A stretch of 64,000 bases of DNA from Patescibacteria group bacterium (GTDB lineage Bacteria; Patescibacteriota; Patescibacteriia; GWA2-46-9). A program made the position numbers and the translations under genes. Below, one piece after another: positions 1 through 8,895 of the stretch (its first letter is position 1; every line of letters begins with the position of its first letter). The stretch is from positions 158,565 to 222,564 of the forward strand of contig JBAZXG010000001.1 of assembly GCA_041660005.1 (NCBI GenBank), read 5' to 3'. A model generated the notes under the pieces. That model was not told the DNA's origin. It searched no databases and saw only the letters and a list, made by a program, of their open reading frames with translations.

Positions 1-204
1 GACCTTGTTGGAACCTATGAAAGACCGGGGCTTCGCACGGCGAAGTACCTTGATACAGCAACCTATCAGATGCCGGAGCTTCGCATGGCGAAGCACATTA
101 ATTTAAATTACGACCCATTTGTCCTTCATAGCTTTCTTGTCGCCCAGCTTTAACGGTCGCGCAATGAGGGTCGCCCCCACTTGACTCCCTAACCGGTAGA
201 CGGA

Positions 205-232
205 AAAACGCCCCATGAGGGGCGTTTTCTTC
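205..232. terminator. Hairpin aaaacgcccc-atga-ggggcgtttt with flanking T/A runs (bidirectional terminator-like), just upstream of a TATAAT at 240-245
   Basis: Perfect 10-bp stem read directly; followed by ttttcttc; -10-like TATAAT 240-245 precedes the 253 CDS. Confidence 0.5.
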
Positions 233-252
233 AAATAAGGTATAATTATTTT

Positions 253-1482
253 ATGAAAAATCGCGAACAGTCATCGGCACATCCTGAAACGGAGCGTAGA
301 CTCCCTGTAACTCATATTTCTGAGTCCGACAAAGAATACCAATCAAATTTAGAGAAATTGCAGTCACAAGGCTCGCAAAGGTGGAAAGCATTCGGCGGTG
401 TGATACTTTTTGCAGTTGATATTCAAAGGGGGCTTATAAATACTTTAAGTACTCCCATAGAAGGAAAAACGGAGGAAGAAAAAAGAGATTTGAGTGAAAC
501 AAAAAAAGCGGAAGACCGTGTTGATGCCTTGTTACAAGGCGCGAAAGATACTCTTCTAAGGGTATGCAAGGACAAGAATCGGTTTGATGACTTTTTTGGT
601 TTTTTTCAAGAGATGGCAACTTCTCCAGAAATAGTTATGATGGCTGGTCTCAGTGAGCTAGATACTAAAGAAATACCTTATAGATTGGCGAACATATTTC
701 TTACAGTTGGATTTACAAACAATGTCTTTGAAGCAATGCTTAGAAAACACATTGAGCTATTCGAAGAAAAGGATAGAAACTTCAACGAAAGATTGCCAGA
801 AGTTCTAAGCGAGTTTAGGCAGGAAGTTTTAGCCGCTATCGAATCTGGATACCTACCTATTACTATAGAGGAGGTTGATAGAAGGTTGTCAGAGACCAAG
901 GGGGTGCTTGTCGATAAGCTGGAGACCCACTTAGGAGAAGCCAATGGGGACTATAACGCGAGCTATGGTGAATTTAGAATTGCATCAGATCTTGACGAGA
1001 AAGACGAAAAAGATGCCACGTTTCACGAGCTTGTTCATGCGACAATTTCTGGCCGAACAGTAATCTTACGACAACAAGAGGATGGTGATAAAGTTAAATA
1101 TCAACGTCTTGGACTCGTTTTTTACAATCGCACGAAAGATATACCGGAGAAATTGTTTCGGTGGCTTAATGAAGCAGTAACCGAATCAATTTCGATGCAT
1201 ATACAGGGCAAAACAGATGGGTCGTACGGACTAGAACGCAGTGTTTTGCAAGAACTTTATAGTTATGGTGTATCTCAGGAATTAGTGTATGAAGCTTATA
1301 GTGAAAACTATACAACCGACAACCCAACTGGTTCACGTGTGCCAGCTTGGAAGCGTTTTGCAGGAGCGATTAAAAAATTATATCCCCAAAAAGGCGTCAG
1401 AGCTCTTCAAGAAGCCGAGAGAAATATCAAGCAATATTACGACGAAGAACGAACGAGGTTAGCGAAGTTAACAGCGGAATAA
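253..1482 (+). CDS. Hypothetical 409-aa protein with HExxH (FHELVHAT) zincin-like motif and downstream NEAVTE; possible metallopeptidase-like (DUF4157-like?)
   Basis: Long ORF, AT-typical codon usage, HELVH motif; no other recognisable family. Confidence 0.55.
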   Translation: MKNREQSSAHPETERRLPVTHISESDKEYQSNLEKLQSQGSQRWKAFGGVILFAVDIQRGLINTLSTPIEGKTEEEKRDLSETKKAEDRVDALLQGAKDTLLRVCKDKNRFDDFFGFFQEMATSPEIVMMAGLSELDTKEIPYRLANIFLTVGFTNNVFEAMLRKHIELFEEKDRNFNERLPEVLSEFRQEVLAAIESGYLPITIEEVDRRLSETKGVLVDKLETHLGEANGDYNASYGEFRIASDLDEKDEKDATFHELVHATISGRTVILRQQEDGDKVKYQRLGLVFYNRTKDIPEKLFRWLNEAVTESISMHIQGKTDGSYGLERSVLQELYSYGVSQELVYEAYSENYTTDNPTGSRVPAWKRFAGAIKKLYPQKGVRALQEAERNIKQYYDEERTRLAKLTAE

Positions 1483-1519
1483 AACGCCTCTCTATTCTTA
1501 TTAAAACAACAAACAAAAA

Positions 1520-1556
1520 CACAGCGCGACCCTGTTGGTCGCGCTGTGTTCTGTTA
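1520..1556. terminator. Bidirectional intrinsic terminator between convergent genes
   Basis: cacagcgcgacc-ctgtt-ggtcgcgctgtg perfect 12-bp stem; T-run after it on + strand and A-run before it (U-run for minus transcript). Confidence 0.75.
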
Positions 1557-1603
1557 AGGTACGTACTTGTACAACGAGCAGATGAATAGATGCGTGCGGA
1601 GTT

Positions 1604-2290
1604 CTACCGTATGCGTACTTGAATTGCTTCCAAGAGATTGCGCACTTCATCCCAAAGTCCTTTTACCGCAACTTTTGCCCCCACGGTGATGTCAGCAAAA
1701 GATCCAGATGCCTGCTTGTCTTTGTTCTCATAGAAGCTCGTGCCGGCGTCAGTAGTCACGGTCACCTTTGTTGGAATGCCCAGGTGTTCCATGGCCACCG
1801 TAAGCGTATTGCCGCTTATTGCCGTAACCGTACCCCGTGCAATAGCCGGATGCGTGTTCGCGGGTAAGTCATAGACAACCTTTGCGGTAATGGTGCTTGC
1901 TGATTGTGCGCCCTTAACCCAAACATTGTCATTAACGGCAAGGTCGGCCAACACAATGACACTTCCGAATGCACGACGTAACTCGGCATTTGTCGTCAGA
2001 ACGGTCATTGTTTCTCCGTCTTTAGTTTTCATGGAGAAACCAGTGCTGCTTACTGCCGTAATCGTCCCAGTTACGACAGCCATGCGCTTCTGTTCTGACG
2101 GATTCTCGGTGTCACCGCGATCATGACTCCAGACCTTGGTGAAAAAACCAAGACCGACCCCTCTCTCCTCTCCTCTTATGTCCGAACTGGTGTTGCCGCG
2201 AAAATCGACGTTCGAGGCAAGCGTCACGCCTGGCGCGAGGACGGCAACCGACAAAACCAAACTTGTAACAATTCGATTAAACTTACTCAT
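1604..2290 (-). CDS. Secreted beta-rich protein with internal repeats (DUF5666-like?), signal peptide MSKFNRIVTSLVLSVAVLAPGVTLA
   Basis: N-terminal signal peptide; repeated TVTAIS/TITAKV-type segments; divergent from ECF sigma gene. Confidence 0.55.
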   Translation of the reverse strand: MSKFNRIVTSLVLSVAVLAPGVTLASNVDFRGNTSSDIRGEERGVGLGFFTKVWSHDRGDTENPSEQKRMAVVTGTITAVSSTGFSMKTKDGETMTVLTTNAELRRAFGSVIVLADLAVNDNVWVKGAQSASTITAKVVYDLPANTHPAIARGTVTAISGNTLTVAMEHLGIPTKVTVTTDAGTSFYENKDKQASGSFADITVGAKVAVKGLWDEVRNLLEAIQVRIR

Positions 2291-2481
2291 ACCGTTAATA
2301 ATTGATTAATGACTAAAATTGTCATACGTAATAGCAGACGGATGACTTAGTCTATTCTTTCGTGTTGTCTCATCCAACACCACTCATGAGGTTGAATACC
2401 AAACAAATGACGACTAGAATAACCCAGAAGAGCTTGTCTTATTGATCTACTACATACACCCCCTTCTCTTTTTGTAAGAAT

Positions 2482-3063
2482 ATGGAAGAAACCCCGTCTT
2501 ATACTTCGATGGCCAAAGATGACCACGAACGTGGAAAAGAAACTCTCGAACGTAGGTTTACCGATGCCTATGAGTTATACAATGACGCTATATTTCGTTT
2601 TTGTTACTTTCGAGTCTTCAACAGGGAACGTGCCAAAGAACTCACACAAGAGGCCTTCTTGAAAACCTGGCACTACCAAACCGAACAAGGTAAGACAATT
2701 GATAACTTGCGCGCTTTCCTCTACCGCACCGCCCGAAACCTAATCATCGATGATTCACGAAAACATACGACCGTGTCGCTCGACGAACTCAGAGAGCAGG
2801 GGTTTGATCCAACAGGAGACGGTGGAAATTCCATAGAACAAGGGGCAGAGATTAGTCTCATAGTTCAACACCTTGCTACTGTTCCAGAACCGTATCGCAT
2901 GGCTGTACACCTTCGCTACATTGACAGACTTAGCCCACAAGAAATTGCTGAAATAACAGACACACCAGTTAACACCGTATCGGTCCACATTCATAGAGGT
3001 ATTGAAAAACTGCGAACCGTTACTTCCGAAGAGCATTTGCCAAACGATAACAACCAACTATGA
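2482..3063 (+). CDS. ECF-type RNA polymerase sigma-70 family factor
   Basis: Region 2 (FLKTWHYQ..LRAFLYRTARNLIIDDSR) and region 4 HTH (LSPQEIAEITDTPVNTVSVHIHRGIEKLR) motifs. Confidence 0.85.
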   Translation: MEETPSYTSMAKDDHERGKETLERRFTDAYELYNDAIFRFCYFRVFNRERAKELTQEAFLKTWHYQTEQGKTIDNLRAFLYRTARNLIIDDSRKHTTVSLDELREQGFDPTGDGGNSIEQGAEISLIVQHLATVPEPYRMAVHLRYIDRLSPQEIAEITDTPVNTVSVHIHRGIEKLRTVTSEEHLPNDNNQL

Positions 3064-4397
3064 AAAACGAACCACAGCATGAAATACCGATTGAAGCCGC
3101 TCGCCTACACCAGGTGAGTACTGAGGTTCGTTTAACAACTGACGAGCGGGACACGATGCGCAAAAATATTCTTTCTTATATGAACCAGCATCCCGCGATT
3201 CCATCAACAACGGTTTTCACGCGATTCAAGGAACTACTCAATAGCTTACAGCCAAGAGTTATCCTACTGAGACCCGTGGGCGCAGTTTTCCTGATTTTGG
3301 TACTGATTAGTGCCAGCACAGCAACTGCTGCCGAACAATCCTTACCGGGCGACATACTCTACCCTGTAAAGATTAACGTAACCGAACCCGCACGAGGGCT
3401 GCTTGCTCTTTCAACGGAGGCGCAAGCTGAGTGGCAGTCTCTGCTACTTGAACGACGTATGAACGAAGCCACTGAACTGAGCGAACAAGGTCGGCTTGAT
3501 AAAAATAATTCTGTTATTGTTTCTCGTCAGATTACAGAGCAGGTGACAAAAACCGAAGATGCTTCAAAAAAACTTCAAAGAGAGGACCAGCAAACAACAG
3601 CAGTTACCATTCAATCTTCAGCAGCTGCGTCGCTGGCGGCTCAAGCACAAGTATTTGCTCGGATTAACAGCGACAATACTCCAGACGAAAACCAAGATGA
3701 CACCTCCAGGGACGCACTTATTTTAACCATGCGCAAACAAGCAGAACACGTAGCAGCGGCTGCAGCAAAGACGGCAGCAAAGATCGAAAAACGTACGGAC
3801 TCCGACGCACTCAAACGCACCGCGACCCGCCAACAAAAGTCGTCTGAAGACGCCATTGATGCTGCCAAATCTTTGTTAACAAAACGACAAGACGAGCTTG
3901 ATGCGCAAGCAGTACTTGACGCACAGACAACACTTGATGCCGCCATCAACGCGGGACTTGAAGGAAAGCAATTGTTCGCAACAAACGAGTACGGAAAAGC
4001 ATACGTTAAGTTTCAAATGGCTGAAAGTTTCTCAAAACAGGCATCTGTACTTATGCGCACGAGTAAACGTCTGCGTTCAAAACTAAAAAATACGGAAAAG
4101 CATCCCGATGTTACCAACAAAGAGATTCTTGAAAATGATAAGAATAACGACCCTACTTCAGAAAGCTCAAAGAACAAAACGGGAAGCGAGGGCGGATCAG
4201 TAGAACTACAAATTAGCACAGGGGCAAATGTTGTTTCTTTGCCAACAATAGAAAACAATTCTCGCGCAAACACAGAAAGCAAACCGTCTACAGATACTGA
4301 ATCGCAAGAACCAAGCAAACAAGATAACCAATCAGAAACAAATCTGTCCCCATCCTCCGATAACGGCGTGCTGCGCAGTATTTTTGACTTACGTTAA
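3060..4397 (+). CDS. Putative anti-sigma factor / single-pass membrane protein with low-complexity C-terminus
   Basis: ATGA start-stop overlap with sigma gene (translational coupling); one TM segment (VGAVFLILVLISASTATA); position typical of anti-sigma partner. Confidence 0.5.
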   Translation: MKNEPQHEIPIEAARLHQVSTEVRLTTDERDTMRKNILSYMNQHPAIPSTTVFTRFKELLNSLQPRVILLRPVGAVFLILVLISASTATAAEQSLPGDILYPVKINVTEPARGLLALSTEAQAEWQSLLLERRMNEATELSEQGRLDKNNSVIVSRQITEQVTKTEDASKKLQREDQQTTAVTIQSSAAASLAAQAQVFARINSDNTPDENQDDTSRDALILTMRKQAEHVAAAAAKTAAKIEKRTDSDALKRTATRQQKSSEDAIDAAKSLLTKRQDELDAQAVLDAQTTLDAAINAGLEGKQLFATNEYGKAYVKFQMAESFSKQASVLMRTSKRLRSKLKNTEKHPDVTNKEILENDKNNDPTSESSKNKTGSEGGSVELQISTGANVVSLPTIENNSRANTESKPSTDTESQEPSKQDNQSETNLSPSSDNGVLRSIFDLR

Positions 4398-4474
4398 CAT
4401 AGCGCAGAAGGAAATCACTCGCTCCCAAAAAATTCACGAAGCACGTTGTCGCTTGCTAAAACCGGTCTTCCCTA

Positions 4475-4783
4475 TCAACGTTCCTCCTGGTACCGGCGCT
4501 GAACAATGAGGCAAAGACTATGAAGCGAATAGAGATATCCTTTACGCTGTGATCTGGCTGAACCAACAACATGCCCGAGATGCGCGTTACATTTTTTACA
4601 AACGACCTCGTTGCTTGAATAATCTAAATTCATTCTTTTTACTTTTAAGTAAGGATGATTTATTCTGGCGAGAACACGGATGCTCGAACCGCGTAACGCA
4701 CCAATAATCGACCGCGAAGAGAATAACTCTGAACGACAGCTATGACAACGACAGACAAAATTTGTTTGTGTATTTTCTACCAT
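4475..4783 (-). CDS. MsrB/SelR-like (Mss4-like fold) zinc-binding protein; catalytic Cys position appears replaced (GYLYSLHSL vs RYCINSAAL)
   Basis: CRCHSC..LFSS and CKKCNAHLGHVV match MsrB CxxC..CxxC and HLGHVF motifs; short (102 aa) and divergent. Confidence 0.4.
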   Translation of the reverse strand: MVENTQTNFVCRCHSCRSELFSSRSIIGALRGSSIRVLARINHPYLKVKRMNLDYSSNEVVCKKCNAHLGHVVGSARSQRKGYLYSLHSLCLIVQRRYQEER

Positions 4784-4853
4784 GTAATTTTCTCAATAGA
4801 ATGATGGTCCGACGAGCACATTTATCAACCACGAGTAATAGAGAGTGCTGCGC

Positions 4854-5405
4854 TTACGGGTACACGTAAAGCTTGCCGGCTCCCTTGCCGTCACACGTAA
4901 CAAGGTAACCAACGGGTTTTTCTGCGGCAGGGGCCGTAACAACGACGAAACCAGCACCGGAAACTGTGTATGCGTGCGTGCCGATGGCCAACACATGGGG
5001 AACAGAATCATGATTTTCTAAAACAACACTAGCCCCTTGCTTTACATTAAGTGACCCATAACTGGGCAGACCAGTAATGGCACTACAACTGGTGATCTGA
5101 AAACGGTAATCATAGATTTGCTTTGCTTCGCCATAATCTAACTTTGCGCTCACAGCAAGATCATCTGTGCCATATGAAGCCACGCCCGCGCGAGCATTTT
5201 TTATTGCAGTCGGTTGTTGAAGGGCCGTAATTTGTTCACCGCCTAAAAACTCAGTGTCCTGTACTGTCGCGGTGTTTTCACCTGTTACCGCAATCGGTTT
5301 GCTCATCGTGCGCAACCAATAAACACCAGCGCCCAACATTACTGCAACTACTAAAACGACAAGTATGCGGAGATAAATCACTTTTTTCATAGAAATAGCA
5401 GTCAT
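4854..5405 (-). CDS. Hypothetical exported/membrane-anchored protein (N-terminal TM helix)
   Basis: ORF with N-terminal hydrophobic segment VIYLRILVVLVVAVMLGAGVYWL; no family recognised. Confidence 0.5.
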   Translation of the reverse strand: MTAISMKKVIYLRILVVLVVAVMLGAGVYWLRTMSKPIAVTGENTATVQDTEFLGGEQITALQQPTAIKNARAGVASYGTDDLAVSAKLDYGEAKQIYDYRFQITSCSAITGLPSYGSLNVKQGASVVLENHDSVPHVLAIGTHAYTVSGAGFVVVTAPAAEKPVGYLVTCDGKGAGKLYVYP

Positions 5406-5712
5406 TAAATTTGCTTATATTTAGTTGACGAAACACTTTTAAAAAAATTACACCGAGAGGCGCAGTATTCGATATATGTCAAAAACTTTGAAAACCCTGG
5501 CCACGTATGAATGTTCCGACTGTACTGCGGTCAATGAAAGGCCGAAGCTTCGTATGGAAAATGTCTATGACCACCAGTACTCCCTCCGAAACAGATTTAT
5601 CCACGATTACCATGCAGAGCAGCGGTTGCAATTTATAGTCAACTCTGTATAGTGTCAAAACTTATCGCCTTGCAAGTCAGAAACGCGAAACGCGAAAGTG
5701 GGAGAGGAAAAA

Positions 5713-6180
5713 ATGAGGAAGAGTGAAGCATCGAGAGGGTCTGTGGTGGTGGCTGTACTTGTGGTGGTTGCGGTAGCCGTTATCGCGGTTTTTTTCAGGC
5801 ATTGGACCGAGGTCATCATTCTAGAGCCGAGTCTTCTAGACGGAATGAGCTGTCAACGGGCAGTGGTGGCACTCGGCGACGACTTCGAGGACCGGCGGCC
5901 GGATTGTCCGGAGATGAGCGAACTCGATCGTTGGGCCGCTTTGGTCATAACGTGCCGAGCGAACGAAGCAAAAGCAACGCAACTACCGGACATCTGCCAA
6001 CGAAACCGCAACGGGCGCACTGAGTACGTCCGCCTCTACTACGGAGAGGCACTCAGTGGCGACTGGGACGACTGTAAACTCAGGCGAAACTGGCAATGTA
6101 GGGATCTCAGCAACAAGGAGTGCCTCAAGGCCGGTTTTGATGTCATGGAGGCACCACCAGAATGGTGCCCCACGCTCTAG
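5713..6180 (+). CDS. Hypothetical membrane-anchored Cys-rich protein in GC-rich islet
   Basis: GGAGAGGAAAAA-ATG SD; TM helix VVVAVLVVVAVAVIAVFF then 8 Cys; local GC clearly above backbone. Confidence 0.45.
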   Translation: MRKSEASRGSVVVAVLVVVAVAVIAVFFRHWTEVIILEPSLLDGMSCQRAVVALGDDFEDRRPDCPEMSELDRWAALVITCRANEAKATQLPDICQRNRNGRTEYVRLYYGEALSGDWDDCKLRRNWQCRDLSNKECLKAGFDVMEAPPEWCPTL

Positions 6181-6295
6181 GAGGGCAAGTACAACGAGGG
6201 CGGTCGCACTACCAACAGGTATGTGTGACCGCCCTCGCTTCGTTATTTACATAAACAATTTGAAACGACAGGCATGAATGGGCGTTTTTCTTTCG

Positions 6296-6574
6296 ATGGA
6301 CTATAATTTAAATATGCCCCATGACCTAGAAGTAGCTCCAGGAATTTACCAACACTACAAAGGTGACAAGTACCGGGTTCTTTTTGTCGCCACCAATGCA
6401 ACAAATGAACAAGAAAGAAATAAGGTCGTTGTTTATATTTCACTAAAAGACGGGTCGGTTTACTACCGCGACCTCGGTGAATTTACGGAAATTGTTGAGT
6501 GGCCCGACGGTGGGAGAAAATCTCGGTTCATAGGTGCCTACACTTCTTTTAAAAAACGAGTTCGGAAACAGTAA
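6296..6574 (+). CDS. DUF1653 family protein
   Basis: PGIYQHYKGDKYRVLFVA...VVVYISL...SRF matches DUF1653 GIYRHYKG..Y.V core; start ambiguous (6278/6296/6314). Confidence 0.6.
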   Translation: MDYNLNMPHDLEVAPGIYQHYKGDKYRVLFVATNATNEQERNKVVVYISLKDGSVYYRDLGEFTEIVEWPDGGRKSRFIGAYTSFKKRVRKQ

Positions 6575-6631
6575 TTTTTTTGTTTAAAACCTTTCGCGAA
6601 GGGTCTCTGCCCCTCTTTTAACTCCTCGAAC

Positions 6632-6660
6632 TGACACCCTCAGAGAGGGTGCTTTGTCTT
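6632..6660 (+). terminator. Hairpin caccctc-agag-agggtg followed by ctttgtctt
   Basis: 7-bp stem read in sequence, T-rich tail; downstream of DUF1653 gene. Confidence 0.4.
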
Positions 6661-6740
6661 GACTTGTTTTACGGTTTATGAAAATGTACACGCCGGACCT
6701 TCTACTCGCAGGGAGGTACTATTTTGCAAGGAGTGTACAC

Positions 6741-7196
6741 ATGACGACCACATCGAGTGCGCAGCAGGCTTCAGCACCACGAGCGAGACGGCGGTCACTG
6801 ACCGACCACGAAAAGGAGGTCCTTCTCCTGGTCTGCGAAGGACTCACCAACGCGAGAATCGCCTCCAATCTGGGGGTGGGGCGAGAGGCGGTCAGGTCCG
6901 CGCTCAAGCGGATCTTCCGCAAGCTCGGTGCCGGCAACAGGACGAGGGCGGCCGCGCTCTTCGCTCAGCAGGAAGGGGAGCAACGGGACCCTGAACGTCA
7001 GAAGCCGAGACTGACCGCGCGAGAGCTGCAGGTTCTTCGCCTCGTGCGCGACGGACGGACGAACAGCGAGATCGCGACCCTCCTCATGGTTTCCAAGGAA
7101 ACCGTGAAGTCCGAACTCAAGCGCATCTTCCGCAAGGTCGGCGGCAGTAACAGAACGCAGGTGGCGGTACTTCTCACCAGAAACGGCTGGATCTAG
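6741..7196 (+). CDS. Transcriptional regulator consisting of two tandem LuxR/GerE-type HTH domains (GC-rich islet)
   Basis: Two copies of L(T)xxExxVLxLVxxGxTNxxIAxxLxVSxxTVKSxLKRIFRKLG; AAGGAG SD before ATG 6741; ~63% GC. Confidence 0.6.
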   Translation: MTTTSSAQQASAPRARRRSLTDHEKEVLLLVCEGLTNARIASNLGVGREAVRSALKRIFRKLGAGNRTRAAALFAQQEGEQRDPERQKPRLTARELQVLRLVRDGRTNSEIATLLMVSKETVKSELKRIFRKVGGSNRTQVAVLLTRNGWI

Positions 7197-7244
7197 TCCA
7201 GCCCGCCTACGGACCCTAAAAGGGGTCCAACCGATGGCGAGAAC

Positions 7245-7290
7245 AGACGGCGACCGACCCAACCAGTCGGCCGCCGTTTCTCCTTTTTTT
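7245..7290 (+). terminator. Intrinsic terminator after LuxR-type gene
   Basis: gacggcgaccgac-ccaaccag-gtcggccgccgt stem followed by ttctccttttttt. Confidence 0.7.
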
Positions 7291-7362
7291 AAAAACCTCT
7301 GTAAAGGAGTTCAACTGTTTCTAATACTTCGCCGAAGTGGGCAGGTATGTCATAATTAAAAT

Positions 7363-7752
7363 ATGCCTGAACACAAAAACCCATCTGACCAAACGAAGAA
7401 GGATGCCCTTCAACGTTTTGTTGAAACACTGAAACCTCACCGTGATGTATACAATGCAATCGCCGGTATTAAGCTTGCTATACTCATGCTAGACGGAGTG
7501 GACCCGGTAGACGACGATAAACTACAACATGCACTTGACCCTGTTAAGACATGGCAAGAATATTTTGCGGCGCATGGACCAGCACAAGGCTTTGCTCTGG
7601 GAAACAGGGAAGACGACGACCCAACGATGGTTACTGCATTTAACGACTTAGTACATCAATTCAACGCCGAGCGCGAGAGGATAATTCAGGAAAGAGATTC
7701 TACATCCTTAATTGCGTACGACGAAAAGTTCCGCAAGATTATCTATGAATAG
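7363..7752 (+). CDS. Hypothetical protein (129 aa)
   Basis: ORF with backbone-like composition; no motif recognised. Confidence 0.4.
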   Translation: MPEHKNPSDQTKKDALQRFVETLKPHRDVYNAIAGIKLAILMLDGVDPVDDDKLQHALDPVKTWQEYFAAHGPAQGFALGNREDDDPTMVTAFNDLVHQFNAERERIIQERDSTSLIAYDEKFRKIIYE

Positions 7753-7834
7753 AATAAGTTATAGCTATAGTAATGGTCATGCTGTTTCATAAAGACTCTG
7801 CAAAAACTTTAATAGTAAAGACTTATTTATCACT

Positions 7835-8629
7835 ATGAAACTACAACCACTGAAAAAACTTATTAATCTTACAGGCAAGACCGCGATAGTTACTGGCGGC
7901 GCCATGGGAATTGGTCTCGGCATTGCACGACGTCTTGCTGAAGCGGGAGCGAATGTGGTCATTGCTGACTACAACGAAAAGGCCGGCAAAGCAAGCACCA
8001 AAGAGCTACAAACAAACGGATGGATTGCTGCTTTTATAAAAACCGACGTTAGTCACGAACGAGATGTTCAAGCGGCAGTTAACTTTACTGTTGCCACTTA
8101 TGGACATATCGACATCCTTGTGAACAATGCCGGCATCTACCCGACGATCCCTGTATTAGAAATGAAGCTCGATGATTTTAAGAAAGTAATCGAGGTAAAC
8201 TTGCAAAGCGTTTTTCTGTTCACTAAGGCCGCAGCAAAAATTATGATTAAACAAAGCAACGGTGGAAAAATCATTAATATTACTTCGGTCGACGCACTTC
8301 ACCCATCATCTGTCGGTCTCGCGACCTATGACGCATCAAAACATGGACTCTGGGGTTTTACTAAAAATTCCGCACTTGAGTTTGCGCCGTATAACATCCA
8401 GGTAAACGCTATTGCCCCAGGAGGCATCACCACACCAGGAACAGGAGCCGGCTTGCCGGTAAATCCCAGCATGACAGCGCTCCTTAAAAAATTTAAAGAA
8501 AAAATTCCCATGAAGCGCATGGGTGAACCCGATGATATTGGGAAAGTCGCCTTGTTTTTGGCTACTGATCTTTCGAGCTACATGACCGGGTCGCAGGTGG
8601 TGGTAGACGGCGGTGTTTTGCTCACGTGA
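7835..8629 (+). CDS. SDR family oxidoreductase (FabG-like 3-oxoacyl reductase family)
   Basis: TGGAMGIGLGIARRL Rossmann motif, NNAG, YDASKHGLWGFTK catalytic YxxxK. Confidence 0.85.
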   Translation: MKLQPLKKLINLTGKTAIVTGGAMGIGLGIARRLAEAGANVVIADYNEKAGKASTKELQTNGWIAAFIKTDVSHERDVQAAVNFTVATYGHIDILVNNAGIYPTIPVLEMKLDDFKKVIEVNLQSVFLFTKAAAKIMIKQSNGGKIINITSVDALHPSSVGLATYDASKHGLWGFTKNSALEFAPYNIQVNAIAPGGITTPGTGAGLPVNPSMTALLKKFKEKIPMKRMGEPDDIGKVALFLATDLSSYMTGSQVVVDGGVLLT

Positions 8630-8895
8630 ATTGAAATTGCTATCAACACGAAGTTTGTGTTACCATGAAATTTCTAGTTATCTCATACCCCTGTGGAAAG
8701 TAACAAAGTTACTATCGACGACCTTGCTGTAATGATCAATAAAGGTTTTGAAAAGGTTGAAAAGGACATCGACGAACTTAAAAAAGGACAGGATCGCATT
8801 GAGCTACGCCTTGATAATGTTGCTTATCGATAAAGTCGGGTACAACCTTACTGAAACTTATCAAAGACAGAGGTTTTGCAAAGTGAGGTAGGTTA

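Noticed and set aside
3641-3949. 102-aa minus-strand ORF inside the anti-sigma gene
   Set aside because: Antisense to the Ala/Gln-rich low-complexity coding region; no start context
6659-6994. 111-aa plus ORF overlapping the LuxR-type gene in another frame
   Set aside because: GC-rich out-of-frame artefact (Arg/Gly/Ala-rich); the in-frame product has clear HTH motifs
8666-8829. Small ORFs between the SDR gene and the CorC gene
   Set aside because: Frame analysis gives only a 13-aa ORF and a 27-aa ATG-initiated fragment; no SD
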